In this document: piece after piece, positions 11,082-20,502 of the stretch
How the letters are laid out: each line of letters begins with the position of its first letter
Position numbering within the stretch: position 1 is the stretch's first letter
Assembly (NCBI GenBank): GCA_964491015.1
Contig: CAZBEY010000001.1
Coordinates: 66,119-130,118 of the forward strand
DNA from: an uncultured bacterium
GTDB taxonomy: Bacteria; Fidelibacterota; Marinisomatia; Marinisomatales; TCS55
Direction: 5' to 3'
Length of the DNA stretch: 64,000 nucleotides
The notes under the pieces: generated by a model
Database searches by the model: none
Told to the model about the DNA's origin: nothing
Seen by the model: only the letters and a program-made list of their open reading frames with translations
Translations under genes and position numbers: made by a program

Positions 11082-12632
11082 CTAAAATATTCCGGCAAAA
11101 TTGCTCACGTTGGTGACCGTATCAATAATCACATTCACCGTACTGCTGATCAGATCCAAAAACGGTTTAGGATAAATACCCAAAAATAATGTTATAACTG
11201 CCAGAGGAATCACTGTGAAAAGTTCCATCCGGTTAATTTCCGGCAGGTCCTTATATTTTTCATTCAAAGACCCCATGAACATCCGTTGAAATGCCCAGAG
11301 AAAATAAGCTGCGTTCAATAAGATACCGAGAGTTGATGCAATCACGATTGTTTTAAAAACGGGGAAAGCTCCGATGAAACACATCGCTTCACTTACAAAC
11401 CCGGAAAAACCCGGCAAACCAAGACCGGCAAAAAATGCTAATGCAACTATACCGGTATAAATGGGCATTTGAGCTGCCAACCCTCCAAATCCTTCAATAT
11501 CCCGATGGTGAGCTCTTTCATAAATGACACCCACCAAAATAAACAGCATGGCTGATATCGTTCCATGATTAAACATTTGAAATACTGCTCCACCCAAACC
11601 GGCCTGTGCCGCTAAAACATTATTACCATGTACAGCGCCGCCAGCGATGACAGCAGCCATTCCAATCAATAGATATCCCATGTGATTCACACTGGAGTAG
11701 GCGACCAGTTTTTTTAAATCCTTTTGGGCCAGTGCGCACATGGCTCCCCATATAACATTGATAAGTCCCAGCACTGCCAATGCGCCGGCAAACCACCAGA
11801 CAGCTCCCGGTAGCATTGTATAGTTTATTCGCAGCATACCATACACACCAAGTTTCAATAAGATCCCAGCTAGGATGACTGAAATGGCTGTGGGTGCTTC
11901 AACATGCGCCAGAGGAAGCCAAGTATGGAATGGAAATACAGGCACTTTAATGGCGAAACCGATAAAGAGCAATACCCATATCACTTTAATGGCGCTCATT
12001 CCCCACCACATAACTCCATTCAAGGTAGTGGGAGCTGTTTCCATGAGCACCAGCATATCAAATGTATGACCACAGGTAAAATAGAGGGCCAAGATAGCAA
12101 TCAGCATTAAAACTGACCCAACCAATGTATAAAGGAAAAATTTAATAGCCGCATATTCCCGTTGCGGACCGCCCCACATACCAATCAAGAAAAACATAGG
12201 TAAAAGCATCACTTCCCAGAATACATAAAAAAGGAAGAAATCAAGCGAAAGGAACACACCCATTATACCAATATCCAATAACAAAAACAGCGCAAAATAG
12301 CCTTTAACAGCTCGGTTGATATTCCAACTAACAAATGTTGACAGAAAAAATAACAACCCCGTCAATATCACCATGGGCAAACTCAAGCCATCAACGCCTA
12401 ATATATATGTAATGTTGAATGAGGGAATCCAGGTTGCTTTCTCCATAAACTGGAAACCACCATTGACCAAATCAAACCGTGACCATAACCCCAGTGTAGC
12501 TAAAAACTGAATACCGGTGGTGACAGCGGTGATAATTTTGATTAGCTGAGTTTTTTCCCTCGAAACAAAAGCGACCGCCGCCATGCCCAAAAGGGGAATC
12601 CAAATAATCCAACTTAGAATGTTTGTTTCCAT
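11082..12632 (-). CDS. nuoM: NADH-quinone oxidoreductase subunit M
   Basis: 516-aa antiporter-like subunit containing the HVEAPT motif. Confidence 0.9.
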   Translation of the reverse strand: METNILSWIIWIPLLGMAAVAFVSREKTQLIKIITAVTTGIQFLATLGLWSRFDLVNGGFQFMEKATWIPSFNITYILGVDGLSLPMVILTGLLFFLSTFVSWNINRAVKGYFALFLLLDIGIMGVFLSLDFFLFYVFWEVMLLPMFFLIGMWGGPQREYAAIKFFLYTLVGSVLMLIAILALYFTCGHTFDMLVLMETAPTTLNGVMWWGMSAIKVIWVLLFIGFAIKVPVFPFHTWLPLAHVEAPTAISVILAGILLKLGVYGMLRINYTMLPGAVWWFAGALAVLGLINVIWGAMCALAQKDLKKLVAYSSVNHMGYLLIGMAAVIAGGAVHGNNVLAAQAGLGGAVFQMFNHGTISAMLFILVGVIYERAHHRDIEGFGGLAAQMPIYTGIVALAFFAGLGLPGFSGFVSEAMCFIGAFPVFKTIVIASTLGILLNAAYFLWAFQRMFMGSLNEKYKDLPEINRMELFTVIPLAVITLFLGIYPKPFLDLISSTVNVIIDTVTNVSNFAGIF

Positions 12633-12657
12633 TCCTTTTCCTTTAACCTTTCAAATC

Positions 12658-14709
12658 CTAAAAAGACTGAACCAATACCAATAGGATAATTCCCAAAAGA
12701 GCAAACAGGAGATAACTTTGCAGTCGTCCTGTTTGTAAATACTTCAACGCTCCGCCTGCACGGCGAGCGCTGCGGCCAATGCCGTCGACTATTGTTTGGT
12801 CAAGTCCATCATAATCCATACGGCCTGTAAAAAATGAAAATATTTTTGTTACACGACCGAATCCATTAATGAAATACTTATCATATAAGTCCCAATCGAT
12901 GTATGATACCAGACTAGACAGTTTTAATAGTGGTTGATATAAATATTTGTTATAGTTTTCATCAAAAAAGTATTTGTTGAGGGACAGATTATACATGGGT
13001 TTTAATTTTACTGCCCAACCATCAGCAGATATTTTTTTCTTTAAGTACATAATCCAGGAAAGATAAATCCCCAATGCTGCAACAATTAGCGACAGACCCA
13101 TTGCCGGATAATGCGCATGGTGAATCCCCTCGGCAATATGATGGGCTGATTCGCTTCCCAGAACAACTGAATCCTGTGCCATGATCATTTCCTTAAACCA
13201 GCCGTGGTCAGAGAAAGGATTGAAATGAGGCAATGTATAAAAGATAAAAATGCTTAAGGAACTCAATAATACTAAGGGTATTGTCATTTCCTTCGGTGAT
13301 TCGTGAATATCTTCATAAATCTCCAGCATTTGCGGTTTTCCATGGAAGGTCATAATCATTAAGCGGAACATGTAAAAAGCAGTGATGGCAGCAGCTCCAA
13401 ACCCAAACACGGGTAATAAAAAATGAACAGGATGATGACTGGCAAAGGATAATGTCCCAGCTAAAATGGCATCTTTTGATAAAAATCCCGAAAATAAAGG
13501 TATACCGGAAATTGCAAACGTACAGATAAGCATGGCCCAATAGGTGATAGGCATTTTCTCCTTAAAACCACCCATGTTTTTCATGTCTTGGGGATCGGTT
13601 TCGTGATCATGTTTTTTATGCAAAGCATGATGCATGGCGTGTATCACCGAACCGGAACCATAAAACAAACATGCTTTGAACATGGCATGGGTCACCAAAT
13701 GAAAGAAACCGGCAATATAGGCTCCCGTCCCCACCGAAAGTATCATATATCCCAACTGACTCACCGTTGAATAAGCCAGCACTTTTTTAATATCATTCTG
13801 GGTGATGGCAATTGTTGCGGCGAACAGGGCCGTAAATCCACCCACATAGGCAATCACAAGCAATGCATCCGGAGTAAATAACGAGAATAAACGCACAATT
13901 AAATACACGCCGGCAGCCACCATGGTTGCAGCATGCATTAGAGCTGAAACAGGTGTGGGACCTTCCATAGCATCCGGCAGCCATATATGCAGCGGAAATT
14001 GAGATGATTTAGCCATGGCGCCCAAAAACAGACCAATACCCGCAAAGGTCAATATTGCACCGCCTAATTTACCGGCTGCAATACCATCAAAAACTTCTGA
14101 AAAAACAAAAGTACCCAAGGATGAAAAAATGAGCATAATACCAATAAAAAAACCAATGTCACCGACACGATTGGTTAAAAAAGCTTTTTTCGCTGCATCC
14201 GCAGCAGAATCTTTCTCAAACCAATGACCGATGAGTAAATATGAACTGACACCCACTAATTCCCAAAACATATACATGGAAATAAGATTATTTGCCAATA
14301 CAATACCGTTCATGCTGAACGTAAAGAGTCCGAGATATGCATAATATCTGGAATAGCGAATATCACCTTCCATGTATTTCAACGAGAAAATATGGGTCAT
14401 GGTTGATATGAGCGCGACCACAAGAAGCATTGTAATGGTGATATTATCAACCAAAAAGCCAAGCCGGATTTTAAATATACCCATATCCAGCCAGGTGAAT
14501 GAAGCTTGTTGTGAAAAATTCGGGTCGTGTCCAAACAACATTGATGCAAACATGGCGATCGCTAAAACGAGTGTCATAACTACCGCTCCGACGGACACCC
14601 AATCCCCCTGTCTCAGAAGACGTTTGCCCATAAAGATCTGAATCGTGAATGCTGCAAGCGGCAAAAATAGAATCAGCAATGAATAATTGATAAACATATT
14701 CCCTGTCAT
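12658..14709 (-). CDS. nuoL: NADH-quinone oxidoreductase subunit L
   Basis: 683-aa antiporter-like subunit with the long C-terminal extension typical of NuoL. Confidence 0.9.
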   Translation of the reverse strand: MTGNMFINYSLLILFLPLAAFTIQIFMGKRLLRQGDWVSVGAVVMTLVLAIAMFASMLFGHDPNFSQQASFTWLDMGIFKIRLGFLVDNITITMLLVVALISTMTHIFSLKYMEGDIRYSRYYAYLGLFTFSMNGIVLANNLISMYMFWELVGVSSYLLIGHWFEKDSAADAAKKAFLTNRVGDIGFFIGIMLIFSSLGTFVFSEVFDGIAAGKLGGAILTFAGIGLFLGAMAKSSQFPLHIWLPDAMEGPTPVSALMHAATMVAAGVYLIVRLFSLFTPDALLVIAYVGGFTALFAATIAITQNDIKKVLAYSTVSQLGYMILSVGTGAYIAGFFHLVTHAMFKACLFYGSGSVIHAMHHALHKKHDHETDPQDMKNMGGFKEKMPITYWAMLICTFAISGIPLFSGFLSKDAILAGTLSFASHHPVHFLLPVFGFGAAAITAFYMFRLMIMTFHGKPQMLEIYEDIHESPKEMTIPLVLLSSLSIFIFYTLPHFNPFSDHGWFKEMIMAQDSVVLGSESAHHIAEGIHHAHYPAMGLSLIVAALGIYLSWIMYLKKKISADGWAVKLKPMYNLSLNKYFFDENYNKYLYQPLLKLSSLVSYIDWDLYDKYFINGFGRVTKIFSFFTGRMDYDGLDQTIVDGIGRSARRAGGALKYLQTGRLQSYLLFALLGIILLVLVQSF

Positions 14710-15011
14710 TGCCGGAGTTCCCTCACATCATCCACATTAATGGTTTTGTAATTATTATAAATATTAATAATGATTGCCAATGCAACAGCTGCTTCCGCTG
14801 CTGCCATGATAATAACAAAAAGGGCAAAAATGTGCCCGGACATGTTCATTCCGCCAAATTTTACGAAAGCTAAAAAATTGATATTTGCTGAATTTAAAAT
14901 AAGTTCTATCCCCATGAGTACAGCAATGGCATTTCGACGGGTGATAACGCCAAACATCCCTAATGAAAATAGTACAGCAGCGATGAATAAATATGTATTT
15001 AAACTATCCAT
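14706..15011 (-). CDS. nuoK: NADH-quinone oxidoreductase subunit K
   Basis: About 100 aa with three TM helices. The start was trimmed to the ATG at 15011 (MDSLNTYLF...). The ORF track extends to 15041, inside nuoJ. Confidence 0.85.
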   Translation of the reverse strand: MDSLNTYLFIAAVLFSLGMFGVITRRNAIAVLMGIELILNSANINFLAFVKFGGMNMSGHIFALFVIIMAAAEAAVALAIIINIYNNYKTINVDDVRELRQ

Positions 15012-15498
15012 CCGTGTCCTTCCGTGATAACATGGCTGCACCCATCAGGGCAGCGAGCAGCAAGAGAGATGCTACCTCAAACGGGAGTAAATATTCCATC
15101 ATTAACAGATATCCGATTTTACCTGTTGTTCCAACTGGCTCCACAGCATCCAGTTGAAGCCATGGGGTAGTTTGGATCATCGATATTAAAATTGCAAGAA
15201 TTCCCAGTACAACAACAGCCCCTATCCCTCGCTGGACACTGGTGTGGGAAATATTGACCGACGTGATTCGGTTTGTAAGCATTACTCCAAAAATGATCAA
15301 CACCAGAATACCACCCACGTAAATGATTACCTGCACACCGGCTAAAAAATCCGCCCAAAGAAATACATATAATCCCGCAATACCAAAAAATGTAAACAGG
15401 AGTGCAATGGCTGAATAAACCAAATTACGATTTAGCACAACGGTTGCAGCTGAACCTATCGTCAGCAAAACAATCATCCAAAATGCCAAATTAGCCAT
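15004..15498 (-). CDS. nuoJ: NADH-quinone oxidoreductase subunit J
   Basis: 164-aa membrane protein in the canonical position between nuoI and nuoK. Confidence 0.85.
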   Translation of the reverse strand: MANLAFWMIVLLTIGSAATVVLNRNLVYSAIALLFTFFGIAGLYVFLWADFLAGVQVIIYVGGILVLIIFGVMLTNRITSVNISHTSVQRGIGAVVVLGILAILISMIQTTPWLQLDAVEPVGTTGKIGYLLMMEYLLPFEVASLLLLAALMGAAMLSRKDTDG

Positions 15499-16082
15499 TA
15501 TGACTCAACCTTCTTTACCGGTGGTAAATATTTAGCCATTTTTTCTTTTTCCACTTCCTTGGCAAACTTGAAAATCAAATCATTACGATCATATTGTGAA
15601 AATTCATAATCGATAGGATGCTTTTTGGAATTGGGTCCGCCTGTCATGTAGATACATTCCTCTGGACACGGATAAGTACACAAATTACAATAACAGCATT
15701 CGCTCATATCAATATCAAATCGAGTTACGATGAGGGCTTTTTTTGTATCATTTGATGTGACACCGGTATGTCCAATATCCAGCAAATCGACCCCTTTAGC
15801 TCCGGACTTTACTGTTTGAATTTTAATACACTGTACCGGACAAGCCCGTTCGCATTTCATGCAGCCAATGCAATCATCAATATCCACCTGCAATCGGGAA
15901 CGAATAATGTTGTATTCACTAATATCAAAACCAATATTACGCTCCGGGCGGGGCCACCGTTCTTCGGGATATTGCAATGTTACATTATTCTTCCGGATTT
16001 TCATCATATGCCGCCAGGTTATTCCCATCCCCGTCAGCAGTGTGGAGATTGACTCAAATATATTGCTAAAATATCTTGACAT
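15498..16082 (-). CDS. nuoI: NADH-quinone oxidoreductase subunit I (2x[4Fe-4S])
   Basis: Two ferredoxin-type cysteine clusters (CIGCMKCERACP and CCYCNLCTYPCP). The start was trimmed to the ATG at 16082, which lies 2 nt after the nuoH stop. Confidence 0.9.
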   Translation of the reverse strand: MSRYFSNIFESISTLLTGMGITWRHMMKIRKNNVTLQYPEERWPRPERNIGFDISEYNIIRSRLQVDIDDCIGCMKCERACPVQCIKIQTVKSGAKGVDLLDIGHTGVTSNDTKKALIVTRFDIDMSECCYCNLCTYPCPEECIYMTGGPNSKKHPIDYEFSQYDRNDLIFKFAKEVEKEKMAKYLPPVKKVES

Positions 16083-16084
16083 GA

Positions 16085-17161
16085 TTATCCTACTATCAGG
16101 CTCCAAATTGCTACACCAAAAATATTCACTAAACTAAAAGGTAATAATACTTTCCAGGAAATACTCATCAGTTGGTCCACGCGTAATCGGGGAAACGTCC
16201 AACGAAACCACATCATGACGAATACCAAAAACATCGATTTACCCATAAACCAAAACAATCCCCAAAATGGACCTTCGAAATATCCTGATATCGGGCTGTT
16301 CCACCCTCCCAGGAATGCCGTCGATGCAACACCGCTAATCACGAACATTTCAGCGTATTCACTTAAGAAGAAAAAAGCATAACGCATTCCGGAATATTCC
16401 GTAAAAGCTCCGGCAACCAGTTCTGACTCTGCCTCAGGAATATCAAATGGTGTGCGGTTACACTCCGCGACACCACTGATGAAAAAGATGAAAAAAGCAA
16501 TAAATGTGAATGGGTTATTAAAAATAATCCAATTGGGTAATAATCCCCAAATTATTCCTTGCTGAGATTCAACGATACCCTGCATGTTCAATGTCCCTGT
16601 CAGCATAATAACGGTAATAATGGACAACCCTGCCGGAATTTCGTAACTCACTATTTGTGCGACTGAACGCATACCGCCATAGAGGGACCATTTATTGTTG
16701 GAACTCCAGCCGGCCAGAATGATGCCTATAACACTCAAAGAACCCACCGCTAAAATATAAAAAACGCCAATATTTAAATCAGCAACAACCGTATGTTGAT
16801 TAACTGGTAATGCAGCAAAGGAGATGAATGCACCAATAAACACCACAAACGGCGCCATAATAAATAACTTTTTATCAGCCAATACAGGAATAATATCTTC
16901 TTTTAGAATGAGTTTTAATGCATCAGCAACCGGCTGCAAAAAACCCCATTTACCGGCATGAAATCCAACCCCTTGCCCCATGGGTCCAACTTTATCCTGC
17001 ATAAATGATGAAATTTTTACTTCCCCATAAATTGCTGCCAGCGCATAGACTGCAATAAATATAAAAATAACGGTGCCACAAACAAAGGCAGCCATCAAAA
17101 ATGCTGCCGCCGGCCAGTCAGCCGTAAAAGGTATCCAGTCTATTAATTGATCCATCGTCAT
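16085..17161 (-). CDS. nuoH: NADH-quinone oxidoreductase subunit H
   Basis: 358-aa polytopic protein of the NuoH/ND1 family (AFTEYSGMRYAFFFLSEY). It has a 4-nt ATGA overlap with nuoD. Confidence 0.9.
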   Translation of the reverse strand: MTMDQLIDWIPFTADWPAAAFLMAAFVCGTVIFIFIAVYALAAIYGEVKISSFMQDKVGPMGQGVGFHAGKWGFLQPVADALKLILKEDIIPVLADKKLFIMAPFVVFIGAFISFAALPVNQHTVVADLNIGVFYILAVGSLSVIGIILAGWSSNNKWSLYGGMRSVAQIVSYEIPAGLSIITVIMLTGTLNMQGIVESQQGIIWGLLPNWIIFNNPFTFIAFFIFFISGVAECNRTPFDIPEAESELVAGAFTEYSGMRYAFFFLSEYAEMFVISGVASTAFLGGWNSPISGYFEGPFWGLFWFMGKSMFLVFVMMWFRWTFPRLRVDQLMSISWKVLLPFSLVNIFGVAIWSLIVG

Positions 17162-18276
17162 CGGTCAATTTCACCCAATACAATATCCAAACTTCCAAGA
17201 ATAGCGAGTACATCGGACATCATCCAGCCTGAAGAAATTTCGCCCAAAACACTGAGGGCGGTGAAGGCTGGCGATCGCATCTTTAACCGATACGGTACCG
17301 GAGATCCATCGCTTTCGATATAATATCCCAAATCTCCCCGGGGTGACTCCGTTCGTTTATATATTGACCCTTTCGGCGGCCGAATCTTTTTTGGTAAAGC
17401 CTGATGCACATCTCCGGCAGGGAGTGTTTTGATTGCCTGCCGAATAATTTTGATACTTTCACTCATTTCCAGCATGCGTACATAATACCGGTCCCAGCAA
17501 TCACCTATCGTACCAACTGTCCCAGTCCCAACCGGAATGTCAAAATCAAATTGATAATAAATGGAATAGGGGTCATCCTTGCGTAAATCCCATTTGACTC
17601 CTGATCCCCGGAGATTGGGGCCTGTAACACCATAGTTAATTGCAACTTCCGCCGGCATGACTCCCACATCGGCAGTCCGTTCAATAAATATTTTATTATA
17701 GCTTAAAATATTATTGTATTCATCCAGTTGTGGCTCAAAATAATCTAAAAATTCGATTATTTTATCTTCAAATCCGGTGGGAAAATCATGGGAAAGTCCG
17801 CCCACCCAGATATAATTGTATAAAAGTCTCGCACCGCACAGCACCTCAAAAATATCTAAAATCCGCTCCCGATCCCGGAACATATACAAAAAGGGAGTGA
17901 AAGCACCGACATCCAACCCAAACGTTCCGAGAGCCAAAAGGTGGCTGGCTATTCGGTTTAGTTCTGCAACGATGACCCGAATATGTTCAACACGTTCAGG
18001 GACTTTTAAATCCATGAGTTGTTCAACAGCAACTGCATAGCCAAAATTGTTATTCATGGCAGCAATATAATCGCAGCGGTCGGTGTATGGGATCACTTGT
18101 TCATAGGTCACATTTTCGCAATGTTTTTCGAAGCACCTATGGAGATAACCGATGACCGGCTCTACCTCAGAAATGATTTCACCGTCCGTTCTTACCTTTA
18201 GCCGTAGAACGCCATGAGTACTGGGATGTTGAGGCCCAATATTCAAAGTCATTAGGTCGCCATGCACTATTCCCAT
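17158..18276 (-). CDS. nuoD: NADH-quinone oxidoreductase subunit D
   Basis: 372 aa. LNIGPQHPSTHGVLRL is the hallmark N-terminal motif of NuoD/49-kDa subunits. Confidence 0.95.
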   Translation of the reverse strand: MGIVHGDLMTLNIGPQHPSTHGVLRLKVRTDGEIISEVEPVIGYLHRCFEKHCENVTYEQVIPYTDRCDYIAAMNNNFGYAVAVEQLMDLKVPERVEHIRVIVAELNRIASHLLALGTFGLDVGAFTPFLYMFRDRERILDIFEVLCGARLLYNYIWVGGLSHDFPTGFEDKIIEFLDYFEPQLDEYNNILSYNKIFIERTADVGVMPAEVAINYGVTGPNLRGSGVKWDLRKDDPYSIYYQFDFDIPVGTGTVGTIGDCWDRYYVRMLEMSESIKIIRQAIKTLPAGDVHQALPKKIRPPKGSIYKRTESPRGDLGYYIESDGSPVPYRLKMRSPAFTALSVLGEISSGWMMSDVLAILGSLDIVLGEIDR

Positions 18277-19166
18277 CCGTCTTTCACTTTCGGTACAACG
18301 ATACCGTGATACGATTCCTGTGTCTCATAATTTTTTCGCAAGGGCCACCCTTCCCAATCTTCCGGGAGCAAAATTCGCGTCATATTACTATGCCCTTCAA
18401 AAATGATTCCATACATGTCATAGGTTTCCCGCTCGAACCAATCGCCAATCGCCCACACTTTTTCAATAGAAGGAATTTTTGGATCCTTACGATCCGTTTG
18501 AATGCGTATTTCAATTGAATGGTTATGGGTCATGGAATGGAGATTGTAGCGCACTTCCAGATTGTTTTCTAAACCTAAGTCAAACCCTGTTACACATTGT
18601 AATGAATCAAAGAGAAAATCCGGGAAATCTTTTAGATACTGTGCAATCTTAAACCAGTTGTCACCCTTTAGTTGGATATATTTACTCACATCATCACCGT
18701 TCAATGAATCTGAGAATTTCTTTTCAATCGCTTCCGCAGTTTTTTGACTCAAAGATTGTTCTTGGACAGGTTCAGTCTTGACAGTTTTATCGGAGGATTT
18801 TTCTTCAGATGCAGCAGAAACTTGTTTCGCTGCCCGTTTTGCTTTTACCAAGGTCGCTTTTGCTTTTGACCTTGTGACACGATCTTCAATGGCGTTGATG
18901 GCATCCATGTCACCTGCCAGAGCTTTAGCAACAACCTCGTCAATAAATGTTGATTTTTCGTCATCGGTGGCAGGTTTAGGAGGTGGTGGTGAGGATTTTT
19001 CACTATCAGCGCCATCGTTCTTTTTTGCTGCCCGTTTTGCTTTTACTAAGGCGGCTTTCGCTTTTGACCTTGTGACACGATCTTCAATATTGTTGATCAT
19101 GTCCATATCACCTTTTAGTGCTTTATCGACTGCTTCTTGAATTAATTTTGCCTGGTCGACACTCAT
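18267..19166 (-). CDS. nuoC: NADH-quinone oxidoreductase subunit C with an atypical repeated N-terminal extension
   Basis: The C-terminal ~160 aa form a canonical NuoC/30-kDa domain ([15 protein letters not shown]). The N-terminal ~135 aa contain two near-identical Lys/Ala-rich modules. The ATG at 19166 overlaps the nuoB stop as ATGA. Confidence 0.85.
   Translation of the reverse strand: MSVDQAKLIQEAVDKALKGDMDMINNIEDRVTRSKAKAALVKAKRAAKKNDGADSEKSSPPPPKPATDDEKSTFIDEVVAKALAGDMDAINAIEDRVTRSKAKATLVKAKRAAKQVSAASEEKSSDKTVKTEPVQEQSLSQKTAEAIEKKFSDSLNGDDVSKYIQLKGDNWFKIAQYLKDFPDFLFDSLQCVTGFDLGLENNLEVRYNLHSMTHNHSIEIRIQTDRKDPKIPSIEKVWAIGDWFERETYDMYGIIFEGHSNMTRILLPEDWEGWPLRKNYETQESYHGIVVPKVKDGWE
18829..19112. 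repeat. Intragenic direct repeat inside nuoC (two 86-bp copies, 198-bp period)
   Basis: Copy 1 (18829-18914) and copy 2 (19027-19112) align without gaps. I count 74 of 86 identical positions by eye. They encode the duplicated [30 protein letters not shown] modules. Confidence 0.9.
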
Positions 19167-19681
19167 GCGATTCTTTTTGTTAGTGGACGTTCGGTTTGAA
19201 TTTTTTCCTGAAGCTTGAGCAATCCTTCAATCAATGCTTCCGGTCTTGGGGGGCAGCCGGGGATGTAAACATCTACCGGAACCACAAGGTCTACACCTTT
19301 TAACACATGGTATCCATGCTGCCAATAGGGGCCGCCGCTGGTGGCACAGCTTCCCATGGCAATAACATATTTCGGATCGGCCATTTGCTCGTAAAGCTTT
19401 TTAATCCGCAATGCCATTTTCATAGTGACCGTTCCGGCAACAATCATCACATCTGCCTGCCGTGGTGACGATCTGGGAATCATACCGATTCTCATCAAGT
19501 CGTGGCGACTGGCGGCCGTCGCCATCATTTCAATAGCGCAGCATGCGAGCCCGAATTGAAAAAACCATGGTGATGTTGATCGCGCCCATCCCAGCAATTT
19601 ATCCATGGAGGCAACAACCACATTATCCTGAAATTTATTCTCAAGCAGACCCAATGGATGTTCCTTCCTCTTTTCCAACAA
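19163..19681 (-). CDS. nuoB: NADH-quinone oxidoreductase subunit B
   Basis: 172 aa with the [11 protein letters not shown] and GCPPRPE motifs of the N2-cluster subunit. Confidence 0.95.
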   Translation of the reverse strand: MLEKRKEHPLGLLENKFQDNVVVASMDKLLGWARSTSPWFFQFGLACCAIEMMATAASRHDLMRIGMIPRSSPRQADVMIVAGTVTMKMALRIKKLYEQMADPKYVIAMGSCATSGGPYWQHGYHVLKGVDLVVPVDVYIPGCPPRPEALIEGLLKLQEKIQTERPLTKRIA

Positions 19682-20075
19682 TTTTGCGATAACGACCCCG
19701 ACCGTATTTTACACGATACTTCACCCAATCCAGGTCGCCTTTTTTCCATACGTAGGCCAATCCGACAATCAGAATCAGCAGAAAAATGGCCATTTCTACG
19801 AAAGCCAGTAGCCCAAGTTCTTTAAACACAACAGCCCAGGGAAAGAGAAAAACCACTTCCACATCAAAAATGAGGAAAATAAGGGCAATAACATAAAACC
19901 GTATATTGAATTGAATCCATGCAGATCCTTCAGATTCTTCTCCACATTCATACGTTGAGAGTTTATCCGGGGTCGTCTTTTTTGGAGCCACGAGCTTTGA
20001 AATAAGCAACGGTACCCAAACCAAAACAATTCCGAGAAGGACAAAAAGAAATATGGTTCCGAAGTTGCGATACAT
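19641..20075 (-). CDS. nuoA: NADH-quinone oxidoreductase subunit A
   Basis: Three TM helices with an YECGEE motif. The start was trimmed to the ATG at 20075 ([11 protein letters not shown]...). The ORF track extends to 20216 through an implausible leader. The C-terminal tail overlaps the nuoB 5' end. Confidence 0.85.
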   Translation of the reverse strand: MYRNFGTIFLFVLLGIVLVWVPLLISKLVAPKKTTPDKLSTYECGEESEGSAWIQFNIRFYVIALIFLIFDVEVVFLFPWAVVFKELGLLAFVEMAIFLLILIVGLAYVWKKGDLDWVKYRVKYGRGRYRKIVGKEEGTSIGSA

Positions 20076-20307
20076 TAAATATTTTGTCAAATTAGAAGCC
20101 CGAAATTTAGCTTTCTGTTTTATCACCTTGCAAGGCGAATTCAAGTTATAATATCTGAAAAATGGGTAATATTTTAAAGTGATATGGATTAGGAGAAATT
20201 CCAGACCAAAACCCATGTTTTCTGATGTTCAAAAGGGTTAGTGTGTTGAAAAATAACCTCGTCATTTAATGCAAGGAAACGCTAATTGTCATCACCCTCC
20301 TATACTA

Positions 20308-20413
20308 CATTTCGACGGACAGGCGGCAGACAGGCCGGAAAGAATCTCAAACATAAAATGACCAACCAACATTTGAGATTCTTCCTCTTCACTTTGTTCA
20401 GCGTCAGAATGAC
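20308..20413. repeat. Imperfect palindromic (REP/MITE-like) intergenic element
   Basis: The perfect 12-bp core arms are aagaatctcaaa (20340-20351) and tttgagattctt (20372-20383), separated by a 20-nt loop. They are flanked by longer degenerate inverted arms (catttcgacgg... / ...cgtcagaatgac). The element lies between divergent nuoA and the proline dehydrogenase gene. Confidence 0.6.
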
Positions 20414-20502
20414 ATTTATTTTATTTTTTAGGTACGCATGACTGGATGAGCCTTTTTTTAATATTGTTGAGTCATGATAACTACACCTAAATTTTAGCTT
20501 CT

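Noticed and set aside
18829-19112. Direct repeats that could superficially suggest a CRISPR or tandem-repeat array
   Set aside because: There are only two copies, they lie inside an intact reading frame and they encode a duplicated peptide module. There is no spacer-repeat periodicity typical of CRISPR.
18778-19140. A 120-aa plus-strand ORF antisense to the nuoC 5' region
   Set aside because: It is the mirror image of the Lys/Ala-rich repeat region (AAG/GCN codons read backwards as Phe/Ala/Ser-rich text). The minus-strand frame is continuous with a bona fide NuoC domain and is ATGA-coupled to nuoB.
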